Assembly (NCBI GenBank): GCA_964016885.1
Contig: OZ024741.1
Span: 139,562,001-139,626,000 of the forward strand
DNA: 64,000 nt
Reading direction: 5' to 3'
From: Eledone cirrhosa
Lineage: Eukaryota
The notes under the pieces were generated by a model that saw nothing but the letters and a program-made list of their open reading frames with translations, ran no database searches and was not told where the DNA came from. Shown here in pieces: positions 1 to 15,426 of the stretch; position 1 is the stretch's first letter; each line of letters opens with the position of its first letter. The position numbers were made by a program, and so were the translations under genes.

Positions 1-46
1 CAACGGAGCCGATTGGCGCCCGACAGACCGGTCGGTCAAAGTCGAG

Positions 47-111
<65 letters not shown>

Positions 112-279
112 TTTATTTTGTGCATCCGCTTACCACGTGTGTGTGTGGTTATTTATTTTTATTTGTGTTTTTCTCCTTTCGTATCAACTAGATAATTTTT
201 CATTTTTTTTTTTTTATATTTGACTTCATTTTTTACTGATTTTTCTTGGCCAGTTGTTTTTTTACATATGTTGGTTATT

Positions 280-315
<36 letters not shown>

Positions 316-316
<1 letters not shown>

Positions 317-2305
317 ATGATATTAAATATATGGAAACTATATTTATAAAACCATATTTTTTCTATTATATATATGTCAAAGGTACCAACAAACTTTGGT
401 ACGCTTTCATCAGATAAAATACAAAGACTGTTTTATAAATGTTGACATAGCCAAGGATAATCATATCTTATCAGTTGAATATCACTGGGTAGTGATAGTA
501 TAGAATGGATGAATATTCAAATGAATATGTAAATAATTGAAAAACCGTTATTTTAAATGCTATGGAAAGTTTAGATATATAATAATAAGTGAAACAGAAG
601 AAGGAAAAAAGGAAAGAAAAAATAAAGGAAGACCCCATTTGTCTATATATATATTTTTATGGAGAAATTATGTTTGTAAGTATTTATCTTAATATATTGG
701 ATTGGGTTAAATATATATATATATATATATATTTTAATAGCATATGTATTTTTATTAAAAGGATAATTTACAATTATTAGTTGTTTATAATATGATTTAC
801 GAGGGATGTTGATTAAATAAATAAATAAATAAATAAATAAATCGGTAATTCATGTTTTAGGTAGTTGTTCTAATAGGAGTTACGAGGTGTGTATATTTTG
901 TATTTTGTAAATAAAAATTGAGAATATTTTAAATTAAATTAAATTAACGGAGTTAATTTTAATATTTGTATGATTGAAAAGGAAAGATAACTTCGATTTT
1001 ATTTGTTAATCGTTAGTGTGAGATTACTTAATTATTTAGTCGAAAGAAATATGGATGTTTAGGATACATTTTGCTAGAATCAGTTAATGGTTATTAATCT
1101 ACGTTTAAAGAATAGCTTTAGTGGGTGTCATTGTACTTAATAAAGAATTAAGAAATAAAAAAAATTTAAAAAATTTAAAAATTAAAAATTTAAAAAATAA
1201 AAAAAAAAAAAAATAAAATAAAATAAAAAAAAAAAAAAAAATAATCGAAACAATTAAAAAATTAAAATTAAAATTCCAATTTAAAAATTAGAATTATATA
1301 CGCATATATTATAAGAAATGTTTAAAAATGGAAGTACTACAAATATTAGAGATATGATTTAGAATTATCAATATATTAAAAATAAATCGTTAAAGCAGAT
1401 AGGATTGTTTTGGAGATTAATAAGAATATTATAAGTATAATTATAAGTTATATATAGTTCTGAATGTCGAATTCTGGTGATGTCTACAAGAACTGAATAA
1501 TTATATTGTGAGATTAATAGAGTTTTGACAGTTAATTATATAACAAATTTCTTCAATACACAATTTACAGAATCTTGATGAAGCCGCGTTCCAGTATGCA
1601 GGTGCTAACGAAATCGTTTTCCAAGTTATTGAATAGTCTATATTCTTGTTTTTCAGTTCCATGTAAGGTGTGAAAGGGACGTAGAAGATTTTGTATCAGA
1701 TCTTTTAAAAGAGTAATTGTGGTTATTCCAGCGAAGTTTAAATTCTGTAGAAGTGGCACCGACATAGTTAAATATAGTTTCACTAGTTTTAACTGTGTAT
1801 TTATAGAATACGTTTTTATCTAAACACTTAGTTTGAAAAGGGCAGTTTGATTTGATTCTAGAATCAAATCAAACAATATAATAAGATAAATACTTACAAA
1901 AATAATTTCTTCATATAAATATATACATAGATAAATGTTCGCATATCTCCCCCATAGTACCGTTATATGTGGTCTTCCTTTATCTTCCCTTTACTTTTTT
2001 CCTTCTTCTTTTTCTCTTATTATTATATATCTAAACTTTCCATAGCGTTTAAAATAGCGGTTTTTCAATTATTTACATATTCATTTGCATATTCATCCAT
2101 AAGTTTGAAAAATCCATTCTATATTATCACTACCCAGGAAATATTCAACTGATAAGGTATGATTATCCTTGGCTATGTCAAATTTTATAAAACACTCTGT
2201 ATTTTATCTGATGTAAGCGTACCAAAGTTTTTTGGTACCGTTAAAATATATATAATAGAATAAATATGGTTTTATATATATAGTTTCCATTTATTTAATA
2301 TCATT
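316..2305. mobile_element. Decayed Penelope-like insertion with ~330-bp inverted pseudo-LTRs (316-~640 and ~1965-2305), each with a degenerate HHR
   Basis: The arms are diverged reverse complements (e.g. ATCAGATAAAATAC / GTATTTTATCTGAT; GACATAGCCAAGGATAATCAT / ATGATTATCCTTGGCTATGTC). The interior is AT-rich with no recognisable ORF. Confidence 0.65.
359..421 (-). ncRNA. Degenerate type-I hammerhead ribozyme (GAAA>GACA)
   Basis: Minus strand reads ATTTTAT-CTGATGA-aagcgtaccaaagtttgttggtaccttt-GACA-tatata-TA-ATAGAA. The partner copy at 2200-2262 (+) carries different core mutations. Confidence 0.55.
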
Positions 2306-2424
2306 GAATATTTACTCAAAAAATCTATCGAGTGCTCTGAATCAGTTATACACATTTATATTTGTTGGATTTGCAACAAATTACATATCCCTTCTACCTA
2401 TATATATACCCGGTACCACTGCTA

Positions 2425-2455
<31 letters not shown>

Positions 2456-2458
<3 letters not shown>

Positions 2459-3242
2459 TAGCAATGGTACCTAGTACGCGGGCCGCCAACAGACCTATTC
2501 GTGGAAAAACAGCATTCCTGGACGATATACTTGAAAATAAACCGAATATTCTGATGGCTGGATAATCTTTAATATTTTCCTCGATGAAACAGGAAAAATA
2601 CAGATTTTCACCTAATGCGGGTCCTAGGGAATCAAGAAAATGAATTTTTTTAATGTGCATAATATGCCTTGAAATTTCCGGAAAATCGTCTAGACGTAAC
2701 GCCTCCAAAATCCCTAAAAAGCTGAAAAATGAAGTTTTTCACCTAATGCAGGTCCTAGGGCATAAACACGTTGGATTTTCTTTGCTCACCTTATGAAGAA
2801 TAGACTGACTAATACATATTTAGAATTTCAAGGAAATCGGCCTGACTAACTCCTAAAAAACAACCTAGAAAGCTTAAAAAACGCAGTTTTTCACCTAATG
2901 CGGAGACCAAAAAGTTGAATTTTGTATGTGCATAAAACTCGCTGAAACATAAGTAATACACATGTAAAGTTTCAAAAAATTCGGTTGTGTACTTATTGAA
3001 TTTTAGGGATTCAAACTCACAGACACACAAAAACACACAGACAGACATCCTCAAGAAAGTGACGTAATTCAGACAGCCAGACATACAGACAGATATTATA
3101 AGCCAGACATACAGACTAAGTATAATGTGGTCCCCAGGGCTTTGAAGTATTGCATGTGTAAAGTTTGAAAACTGTCGGTTGGGTGGTTCTCGAGTTATAG
3201 GGATTCAAACTCACACACACACAGACAGATATCCTCAGTTAT
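2456..3242 (-). mobile_element. Non-autonomous Helitron-like element
   Basis: The minus strand ends ...GGTACCATTGCTAGT (CTAG terminus). It has internal CACCTAATGC repeats and ACAG-repeat subtermini. 3155-3240 is the reverse complement of 23290-23375. Confidence 0.5.
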
Positions 3243-3354
3243 ATATATATATATATATATATATATGGACTTTCGTCACATTGTTTACATTGGCCTTTCC
3301 AGTTTGCTAATACTATCTATCGGTCGCAAATCCAGGTAGAAGGAGAAACGTGAA

Positions 3355-3458
3355 ATAAAGTGTCTTGCTCAAGGACATAACGTATCGCTCGGGCCAGGAA
3401 TCGAACTCACAGCCTCTCGATTGGGAATCCAATTCTTTAACCACTCAGCCACACGCCT
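3355..3458 (-). mobile_element. tRNA-derived SINE 5' head
   Basis: Minus strand: GGCGTGTGGCTGAGTGG (A box)...GAGTTCGATTCC (B box)...GTCCTTGAGCAAGACAC. More decayed relatives lie near 41425-41510 and 47940-48000. Confidence 0.7.
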
Positions 3459-3461
3459 TCA

Positions 3462-5183
<1,722 letters not shown>

Positions 5184-5221
5184 AAGGCTCATATACAAAA
5201 CCCGACATATATAATTTGTTT

Positions 5222-5299
5222 GCGTTTTTAATTCCTTATTTTCAATCGCGTTTTTAATTCCTTATTTTCAATCGCGTTTTTAATTACTTATTTTCAATC
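5222..5299. repeat. 26-bp tandem repeat x3
   Basis: GCGTTTTTAATTCCTTATTTTCAATC at 5222, 5248 and 5274. Confidence 0.9.
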
Positions 5300-5417
5300 T
5301 AAGCCCCACTTGAAATAATGACAGTCACATTATCCATTATCTCTTTAACTATTATATATACTGAAATGCATTGCACATACACTAAGTGCAAGAAAGACTT
5401 ATTCCATCCATTATTAT

Positions 5418-5610
5418 TCGGTGGATTGGCAGTATCAGTAAAAGCTTGGACGCGATACTTTGCAGCAAACAGTTATGGCCCTTATGATCTGAGTTCAAAT
5501 CCAGCCGAGGTTAACTTTGCCTTTTAACCTTACGGTGTCGATAAAATAAAGTACCAGTAATGTACTGGATAATTGCTGGCATTGTGCAAAAGGTAGAAAC
5601 AATTATCATT
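5418..5610 (+). mobile_element. tRNA-derived SINE (octopus-like family)
   Basis: TGGCAGTATC...GAGTTCAAATCC (B box)-GCCGAGGTTAACTTTGCC...GTCGATAAAATAAAGTACCAGT...TAGAAACAATTAT. There are multiple copies in the window. Confidence 0.85.
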
Positions 5611-5929
5611 ACTCATATACCAAACAGTGCATCAACTGCGCTTTTATGTATGTATGATATGTCCTCACATTTATATATTTTCTATTGTATTATTCTAAAT
5701 TATTGATATTGTAATCAGTTTGTCATAACTTTTACTTAATATGATCCAGAAAATTTAGTTTTCTTCTTATATATATCTGCACCAAACAGGGTAAACTCAA
5801 TTTCTGTCTTCAGCCTACCCTGACGGACGATCCCACAGCCTTCCCAGGAACAACACCCCCTCCTCACATATTATTTTCCGTTTCCAACAGTCCCAACCCT
5901 AATAACACCCCTCCCATCGTACCGCTACC

Positions 5930-6470
5930 ATCCCCATCGCACAAATTGTCACTATATCCCCCAAAATCACCTCTCCAGAACATTCCCTCCACATTACAGG
6001 TCTGGGCTTCGTATCTCTCAGATATAGAGCGACGAGTTCCGACGTCGAGAGGTTCCTGTGCTGCAAGAAACTACAGACGCTCTTTCATGGCACAGAGCCC
6101 ACTGCTTTCTGGAACTGGACCGAGGACCATCATAATGAACGCCGGGCCCCGGATTGCTTGGCACCCAGGACACAGTCATTGACGCCTGCCACAATGCCGA
6201 GACACGCTTCGAATTCTGAAGACACCACCAAAGGATGAACATCTCCCTTGCGAAACTCGCCTCCCTTCGAACCCATGAGGACATCGTCCTCAAACCGGCG
6301 GGGAAGTGGGGCGCCGTGGTCAGATGGCATGCCACCTCCACAGAATGGAGGAAACACGTCAGCTGCGCAACCCCCTTATCTAACACCATCCGACCCCATT
6401 ATAGAATACCAGCAACACGTATTCGCCCACATCCTCCAATATGTGGCCTCTTCACTTCTGCCCTTCACTA
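5930..6470 (+). pseudogene. Decayed Penelope-like ORF fragment (N-terminal/pre-RT region)
   Basis: LASLRTHEDIVLKPAGKWGAVVRW resembles the PLE motif D-I-V-I-K-P-A-D-K-G-G-A-V-V. It is followed out of frame by YLTPSDPIIEYQ (Y..L..DP motif). Confidence 0.6.
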
Positions 6471-6632
6471 ACACCAACCGCATCGCAACACACTCCGCAC
6501 CTCCAATATCTTCTTCCGACAAACACATAAACCCGACACATCCGCTCGACCTATCGTATCTGCCTTTCATTGCCTCACAAGACTCATCGCCACCTACCTT
6601 AACGCCAACCTTATGTGTGTGTATGGGGGGGC

Positions 6633-6663
<31 letters not shown>

Positions 6664-7072
6664 TTTGTTTGTGTCTGTATTCGTCTGTGTGTGTGTGTGT
6701 GTACATAAATTCTCTCCACTAATACCAACTGTTGAAGATATAATCTGCAGAGTCACTCGCAGGCCTTGTATCAGTAACCTTCGCTCTTCCTTATGTTTTC
6801 CTCCTTTCTTGCGCTGTTAGATGCTTCAGAACTGCTTTAATCTTCAATATGATCATTTCCTCAGAAAAAATATTTAAGCTATCTTTCTAAACTTGCTTTC
6901 CTCATCAATACATCCAAATATGCCTCCTTTCATTGACCTTTTCTTTGGTTTTATCTAATTTAACACAAATTTCGTGGGGTAACGTTGTTACATATTTGCC
7001 TGTGTCTTGCCACGTGTTGACAGATCGGCAAAACGAATCAAACTGTGTTCAACACGCACACCGCTATGCTAG

Positions 7073-7200
<128 letters not shown>

Positions 7201-7704
7201 TAGTATAAATATATATATACAATACATTAACAGAGAAGGCTTTCAGCTATACTCTGACTGGCTTCCATCTCACCCAATTTTACGTTTGGGGTGCTAACTA
7301 TATGTATTTTGCGGAAAGCCAGTTGTATTATTTTATATGAGACATAATTAAAATATATCTCCCTTTCCAAACAATTGTTTTATTATAAGTTTTCTACAAG
7401 TTGGGAGAGTGTGTCCGGGTTATGTAGAAGCCTGCACACATTCCGTAGGAATATATGCAGGTGGGCACCTATAAATCATCTGTGGATGCCCGTCAAACAT
7501 CGATATAAAAAAAACTCTCTTACCGATGCTTAATCCCATGTCACCGATGGTCCCTCTCCGCATCAGAATGACCGCCAAATTTGAAATTCCAGCAGTCTCA
7601 GAATGAGGAATCTCACAACGTCATGAAGCGGAAAGGGGAGGTCATCGCGAAACACAATAAAGTAAAATAATTTACACGCGTGTATATATACATATATATA
7701 TATG

Positions 7705-7960
7705 TCTATCTATCTAAGGCGGGTAAAATTCCCGAGATCCATGGACGAGTTCTCTCCAGCGGTCTCTGTCCCTCATTATCGCTGCCATATCCTGCATCTC
7801 CAACAGACCAGTGTCTGTCCTTAGGGCATCAACATATGTTAAACTTGGTCTTCCTCTTCTAGCGTGTCCATGTAGGGGCTCCCAAAGGAGCACTGAGTGC
7901 AATGTCAACTCTGGATGTCGGTGAGCATGTCCAGCCAACCTCAGTCTCCTCTGTGTCACT
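7705..7960 (-). mobile_element. RTE-clade LINE 3' fragment
   Basis: RRLRLAGHAHRHPE...LLWEPLHGHARRGRPSLTYVD...RDRWRELV is a typical RTE C-terminus, followed by a short TAGA-repeat tail. Confidence 0.8.
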
Positions 7961-7988
7961 TTTGAGCTGACTTTTGGGATATATGTAT

Positions 7989-8028
<40 letters not shown>

Positions 8029-8190
8029 TGTTATACTTTGGGAGGGTCATGTTGCCAATAAGAAACATACGCACCAGTTGCTTTCACTTCAATTTATTAT
8101 ATATTTATTAATTTATAAATTTACAAATCTACAAACTTATAAATTTCTGGTTGGTTGGTTGGTTCCACAACCAGATAGTTGTTTATATAT

Positions 8191-8235
8191 AGTCATAGTC
8201 CTTTCGTCACACACTCTGTGACCTCTTCAGTGACT
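8191..8235 (-). ncRNA. Minimal type-I hammerhead ribozyme, intact core
   Basis: AGTCA-CTGAAGA-ggtcaca gagtg tgtgac-GAAA-ggac-TA-TGACT, with a perfect 5-bp stem I. The mirror copy at 9937-9981 has A9>U. Confidence 0.85.
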
Positions 8236-8435
8236 GGGGATTCCTTCGTTGTTTCTGTGCCTTTCCTTTCTTCTATCCTACGCCATTTTGTTTCTGTGTG
8301 TGTGTTGTGTGCTCAGTTTGCGCATGCGCCACATCCGGGTGTCTGTGTGTGTTTGTGTTCATTTATCTATTTGTTTATTTATTTATTTATTTATTGGTTG
8401 TTTGTTCTATGTGTGTGTGTGTTTTCATTTTGTCC

Positions 8436-8753
8436 TTAATTGTAAGTTGTGATGTTGCTGTTCCACTCATATTTTCTATTTAATTTTGGTTGTAATTCTT
8501 TTATGCTTACTGCCTCTGTAATTTGCCTAAACATTGCATCTTTTCTGTGTGTGGATTCTATTTTTATTTCTATGTTCTCTAATCTACCCCTGTGTTCTAT
8601 CTTAGCATGTTGGTAGAGCACAGATGATTCTTTATTATCTTGAAGGTCTCGCCAGTGTTCATTTATTCGTTCCCCTATACTACGAGCTGTCTCACCTATG
8701 TACACTATATTTTTGTTTCTACATTGTCCTTCAGTACATCTTATGCTATACAC
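8436..8753 (-). pseudogene. PLE GIY-YIG endonuclease domain (mirror copy within 9178-9735 on plus)
   Basis: VYxIxC...YIGET.R...R..EH...H...E...N motifs. Confidence 0.88.
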
Positions 8754-10201
8754 TACATTTCTAGTTTTACAGTTAATATGGGGGCTTATTTTACAGGTTA
8801 TACATTTCTTATCTATACATGAGGGTCTTTGGAACGGGTATGTATTGCTAATAAGTGTTTTTATGGAGGTACCTTGTCTTTCTACTATCTTAATATTGAG
8901 TCTATGTTTATTTAGGGCCCTTCTAAATGTCTAGGCTAGTTCGCCTCTAGGGGTTGTATTGATGAACATTACACTCTGGTATTTATTGCTATCATACCAT
9001 GAGTTTATTCTATTGGCCTTGTTCCTAGTTCTTTCTATTCTATTCCGAAATTTGCTCCTATACAAGGGGCAGGTCCCATTTATGTCATTATTTACCATTT
9101 TTTCCCATTTGGTTCTGGCTCTTCTATACACTCTGATTCTATCTCTCTGATTGTAGCCAGAGAACTGCATACGGTGAATGAAGTGTTGTATGTGCCTCTC
9201 TAGTTCTTCGGGGTTTCACATGCTGGACACATTTCTCATCACCCGTACCAAATCCGCAATCAGTATGTTGATTTTGGTATGGTCCGAAATGGCCGAGTTT
9301 CGGTGGATCAGATGTTTGGAAGTCATGGGTTTGGCATGTATAGATAAGAAATGTATAGATAAGAAATGTATAACCTGTAAAATAAGCCCCCATATTAACT
9401 GTAAAACTAGAAATGTAGTATATAGCATAAGATGTACCGAAGGACAATGTAGAAACAAACATATAGTGTACATAGGTGAGACAGCTCGTAGTATAGGGGA
9501 ACGAATAAATGAACACTGGCGAAACCTTCAAGATAATAAAGAATCATCTGTGCTCTACCAACATGCTAAGATAGAACACAGGGGTAGATTAGAGAACATA
9601 GAAATAAAAATAGAATCCACACACAGAAAAGATGCAATGTTTAGGCAAATTACAGAGGCAGTAAGCATAAAAGAATTACAACCAAAATTAAATAGAAAAT
9701 ATGAGTGGAACAGCAACATCACAACTTACAATTAAAGACAAAATGAAAACACACACACACATAGAACAAACAACCAATAAATAAATAAATAAATAAACAA
9801 ATAGATAAATGAACACAAACACACACAGACACCCGGATGTGGCGCATGCGCAAATTAAGCACACAACACACACGCAGAAACAAAATGGCGTAGGATAGAA
9901 GAAAGGAAAGGCACAGAAACAAAGAAAGGAATCCCCAGTCACTGAAGTGGTCACAGAGTGTGTGACGAAAGGACTATGACTATATATAAACAACTATCTG
10001 GTTGTGGAACCAAACAACCAACCAGAAATTTATAAGTTTGTAGATTTGTAAATTTATAAATTTATAAATATATAATAAATTGAAGTGAAAGCAACTGGTG
10101 CGTGTGTTTCTTATTGGCAACATGACCCTCCCAAAGTATAACAATATAGGTTTCAACACACGATTTCAGATGAAGAATCTTGCTAAACAAATTCAGAAAC
10201 G

Positions 10202-10238
<37 letters not shown>

Positions 10239-10258
10239 TATGTATGGTAGTATACATA

Positions 10259-10325
<67 letters not shown>

Positions 10326-10724
10326 TTGCTGCGTTGTTGCGAACATGAACATATGAATAAAAATAGACAAGGGGTAAAATGTCCTCTTCAGTAGTCTGCT
10401 GATTATCGTTGGTATTTCGACGCATTAAAGACTAGATACCTAAAATCAGTGCGAACGATAACTCAATTAAATTATCGGGATAGTGGGAAAACAGAGGGAA
10501 GGAAAGAAACACATGGTTTTATGCAACGTAAATTGATGTAAATAGAGACAAGTCAATGAATCCTGTGGACTTAAGCCCGACAAATCAAATTGACGAGGAG
10601 AAATAGACACGTCTGAGCCGCGAGAAGATTGAGAGAGGAAAGAAATTCAAGCAGGTCAGACGAGAGGAGGTGAGAGGGGGGTGGAGTGAGTGAAAGTGAT
10701 ATACATATATATATGGTTGTATAA

Positions 10725-10914
<190 letters not shown>

Positions 10915-10967
10915 TATATATGTGAAAGTTCAATTTAAATTGTTGGGATACAACAAGCAAATATTAT

Positions 10968-11150
10968 TATTGGCAGTATCGGTAGAGGGTTGGACGCCAT
11001 GCTTTCTAGCATTGTTACGTCCCTTTACAGTCTGAGTTCAAATCCCGCCGAGGTTAACTTTGCCTTTCCTCCTTACGGGGTCGATAAAATAAAGTACCAG
11101 TAATGTATTGGATAATTGCTGGCCTTGTGCCTAAAGTAGAAACAATTATT
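10968..11150 (+). mobile_element. tRNA-derived SINE (same family as 5418)
   Basis: GAGTTCAAATCCCGCCGAGGTTAACTTTGCC...GTCGATAAAATAAAGTACCAG. Confidence 0.85.
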
Positions 11151-11189
11151 ATAACTGATATAAAATACTCAACAAATAATTGGAGTAAA

Positions 11190-11447
11190 AATACGATATT
11201 AACAAATGGAAACTATATTTATAAAACCATATTTATTTCGTTATAGATATTTCAAGGACACCATGTTAAATTATGGTGTGCTTAATGGTTGCACTCTTTA
11301 AGGGTATGTCAATATTTATTTATAAAACTACTCTATATTATATTTTATCTGATGAAAGCACGCCATCATTTAACTTGGTGTCCTTGAAATATGTATAATG
11401 AAATAAATATGGTTTTATAAATATTGTTTCCATTTGTTAATATCGTA
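11190..11447 (+). mobile_element. Short fold-back pLTR fragment (inverted arms ~11190-11284 and ~11356-11447), related to 316-2305
   Basis: ATACGATATTAACAAATGGAAAC... is the reverse complement of ...GTTTCCATTTGTTAATATCGTAT. It contains an HHR. Confidence 0.75.
11341..11405 (+). ncRNA. Type-I hammerhead ribozyme, intact core
   Basis: TATTTTAT-CTGATGA-aagcacgcca...tggtgtcctt-GAAA-tatgta-TA-ATGAAATA. Confidence 0.75.
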
Positions 11448-11460
11448 TATATATATGGTA

Positions 11461-11514
<54 letters not shown>

Positions 11515-11516
11515 TA

Positions 11517-11586
<70 letters not shown>

Positions 11587-13632
11587 CCACACACAAATTC
11601 GATTATCGGCTTATGCATACAGCGAATACTGTATGTGAAATTTTAGAGAGTGTATGTAATGTGTGTGTTTCTGTCCTTCTGTGTGTTTATGTATTATTAT
11701 AGATAAACACGGCGCACCATTTATTACATTCTTTTATGCGGGAATCTAACTATATAAAAGCAATTTGTAATAACTTAATGAAAGTGCAATAGAAATCATC
11801 TGCTGAGTAAATATTTAGTAATTATCAGATTTGCCGAGCTCCATCAACCTAATTATCATTTTATATATTAAGTTCATATTTTAGATAGCGTGGTGTGGGG
11901 GCTTAATATTATTTAATGTAACTAAATATCAGAAATAAATATCCAACTGAAATCCTAAATGGGAAGTATATAGAACAACTGACAATTTGCAATTAACAAT
12001 TGCGGTTAATTAGATCTTACTTCATTTATCATAACATTATCTTTCGGTGCTCAAAAATGAGTTAATTAAACAATGATCTTTTCATATATCTCGCAGGACG
12101 AAGTGGTGTATCCTTTCCTTTTGTTCTTTGAAAAATTATTATACCTTCAATTATACAATTATCATTTTATCTGCGGCAACACTAAATGTAATCTCAGCTC
12201 GTATGTTTGTTTATATATTTTATGAATTATATGTTTAATGGATTTGTTGAAATATAAATATGATGGATATATAATTTAATAGTTTAAGTGAAAGTGACCT
12301 GCGAAGTGGCAGAATGGTAAGTCCGTCGGATAGAAAACTTCGTCACAATCGTTCTCTCGCTGAGACCAAACTCTACTTAATGAGCGAGAAATAAGTTACT
12401 AGCTAAGCATTAGAGTCGAATCCACTCCTTTTTCTTCTGGGTGTAATCGGCTGTGCGCAACATTGGAGAGTGTCGGGTATGACATGTTTCAATACAACTG
12501 ATTCCATCAGAGTTTCATGCAATATTTGCTCCAACATCACCGATTTCAATTCTGTTTCATCACCTCCTACTTAAAATACAGATACACAAATTCTGGTGTA
12601 ATCCCTGTCTCACGTTATGTGTCGTATCCTTCATACGTTGCACCAACAATGATAAATTTTAACGCAATTTTGATTATGCAGCTACATAAATATTTTGAGA
12701 GAGCTAAAACTGGAACGAATTCCTTGCTGTTCATTGCTTCTTTCATCCATTTCATCTGTCACACTTCAATGCAAGAAAACGTGTGAATGTTGCCTTATGC
12801 CCCAGTGGTCTGAATTAGAAATACGTTATTATAATGTTTAGATAGGGAGAGAAAGAGGCGTAGAAAGAATCTGAATAATTCGGAAAGCAGTTCAGAAACA
12901 CAGAACGCTGTATTTTTGTCCAACAATGTCGTTTTCACATGAGAACAGTCGAATTTGTGAGGCTTGTCCCGTTCGAAATCCAAAATCATCCATCGAATAC
13001 GGACATGATTCAGAAACCACGGGAGATTCGAGGATTCAGAGACAACTAGAGATTAGACGATAAATTTATTTATGATTCACTGTCCTACATTTTGGGTAAT
13101 AACCGAAAGAATATGATTGCGAAGCCAAGCGGCCAAAATGGTGTTGCTCTAAAGGGCCTTTGGATCAAAGTTACTCGATAGAGTGCGTAGCTCGGGGATC
13201 AGAGAGCCACTGCAGGTAGAACCACTACTTCTCCGAATTGAGAGATCACATCTTCGATACAATGGACATGTGTTTAGAATATCTCAGGGAAGAATTGCTG
13301 GAAAGATTTTATGGGCAACAGCAACCGGTAAAAGACCAAGGGTTAGACCGTGAGCAAGATGGTTGGATAACATCCGTGAGTTTGGATGCTCACTCATGGG
13401 GATCAAGCCGAAGAGTTGGAGACACTTGCTACTGAAAGGACCCGCTCGATGGAGCTTTTGATGAGTCTGACCATCCCAATTCCTCTTAGGAATATGAGCG
13501 TTACTCGTGGAGAAAGCCCACAAAAGCCATGGTCACCGTGACTGCTAGGACAAGCGGCTTCTCCCAGTTGTCTTCCCTCAGTACTACAGGCACATGATCA
13601 TTGCAGCCACATCCACACATCGTATTATTTTA

Positions 13633-13740
13633 GAAGAAGAAGAAGAAGAAGAAGAAGAAGAAGAAGAAGAAGAAGAAGAAGAAGAAGAAGAAGAAGAAGA
13701 AGAAGAAGAAGAAGAAGAAGAAGAAGAAGAAGAAGAAGAA
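13633..13740. repeat. (GAA)n trinucleotide microsatellite
   Basis: Pure GAA run. The poly-E ORF is an artefact of it. Confidence 0.97.
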
Positions 13741-15358
13741 GACTGTCAAGAAGAACGTGAAGCCGTTGCCATGACAAGGGATGAGACAGATCATACAAGT
13801 ATCCACCTTATTAATTTATAGTTCCGACCCTGGAAATATCATATATTGTATATGTTTCAATAGAAACATCACTTATAAATTAATCTTAGATAATCATTTA
13901 TTGCAATAACTGTATATTATACAACATCTATTACTGAGATGTTTATATAATTAATAATTACTGCAGTACAATTATTATCTGTTGTAAGGAATTTCTAAAT
14001 AAATTGGATCTCTGTTGAATCACCATGTAAATTTAGCGTTTAAACAGTTCCCATCACATTGTGTCCTAAATATTGTTAATGTAATAATTCCAATCAAACT
14101 TATGAAAACTGCACATGTATCAGTTATAGACGCAGAAATGTATTGCATAGCTAATATATTATAGTTTGAACTGCAGCTAGAGGTGATCGTTAAGCTAGTA
14201 ACAATTATACTACTGCCCTACACAACTTATAATGGTTGAATAGCTTTGGCCTCGATCAGCAAGTTAACAATTTTATTTCCCGTTCTATTGTGTGAATAAT
14301 GTTTATCATGGCTGGAATTCTAACACAAACATCTCAACAATTTACAGATGGAGTGTATGAGGAACAGTTAGTTGAATATGATATGATACATATAAAGCAA
14401 ATAAGGCAGTGTGGGGTGGTATACACCATCAATTTGTAGTTGAACTGTGAAACACATTAGTGCAACACATACATATTTCATTTGAATCCATACTGTTGTA
14501 TTCCATAAGTATGTAGCAGGTGTAGGTTAACTGAGGCCCCAGTAACTCAATTGATTCACTTATAACATAATTTCTCATGTAATATGAAAAAAAAACAATA
14601 AAGAGGATTGATTTCTAACTTTCGTTGCAAAATATCGATTTATGAATAACCAAATGCACGTATCTTTAACAGGAAAGGGGTTATGCTCTTAGTCAACACA
14701 TTTTATCTACGCATAAGGTGAATATTTCTATAGGATGTGTTTCTCAATACTGTTTTGTTTAGCTATAGATATGTGTAGAGTTGAATTGGCAGAATAGTTA
14801 GGGCAGCTGATGAATATGACAATACGTGTGCCGGCTCACTGTGCGCTGCTTTCAAATCCCGCCGATGTCAAATTTGTCTTTGTGCTCTTGAGTTTGGTAA
14901 ATAGAAAAAAGATGAGTCCAATATCAACGTTTTGTCCTACTCTCACACACATATGCATACCCACGCGTGCACATACGGCTACAAGCACATAAACACACAC
15001 ACGTTATCTTTATTTTACCTTCCCTCACTGTTTCTTTTCGAAGAAGGCGAAATCGGTTGTGTTTGCTCTGACCTGGTGAAAGACTGGCTGCGATCGATGC
15101 AAAATGGCCAAGATACACTACGATGTTGCAAGTAGTGAAGGTCCCACTTCTTCAACTATATATCGTTCAGATTATGTATGGTATATTCACCATCTTCTTC
15201 ATAATAAATACCAGAAAAAAACATATGTTCGATATTAGATATTCGAACATTTCTCACTTGAGACAGGCATGAAACAGTGTGATTTATTAGCTCGGACTTT
15301 GTTTGCCATCGTTTTTGCAGTTGTTTTGTTCAAAGGATTCACCGATATGTATAGTGGC

Positions 15359-15426
<68 letters not shown>

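Larger units (their letters stand above)
8026..10204 (-). mobile_element. Penelope-like element with inverted 3' duplication (minus arm 8026-~9335; plus arm ~9340-10204)
   Basis: RT-thumb/linker on minus (KPMTSKHLIHRNSAISDHTK..., FSGY, CPLYR, MFINTTPRGELA). GIY-YIG VYSIRC...YIGETARSIGERINEH...RQITEAVSI...LNRKYEW occurs on both strands. There is an HHR in each arm and TA flanks. Confidence 0.92.

Noticed and set aside
10375-10430. Possible permuted (type II) hammerhead on the minus strand
   Set aside because: Stem III and the NUH site cannot be formed consistently.
12480-13600. Moderately GC-rich stretch with short ORFs
   Set aside because: No recognisable motif or splice-consistent open frame; left unannotated.
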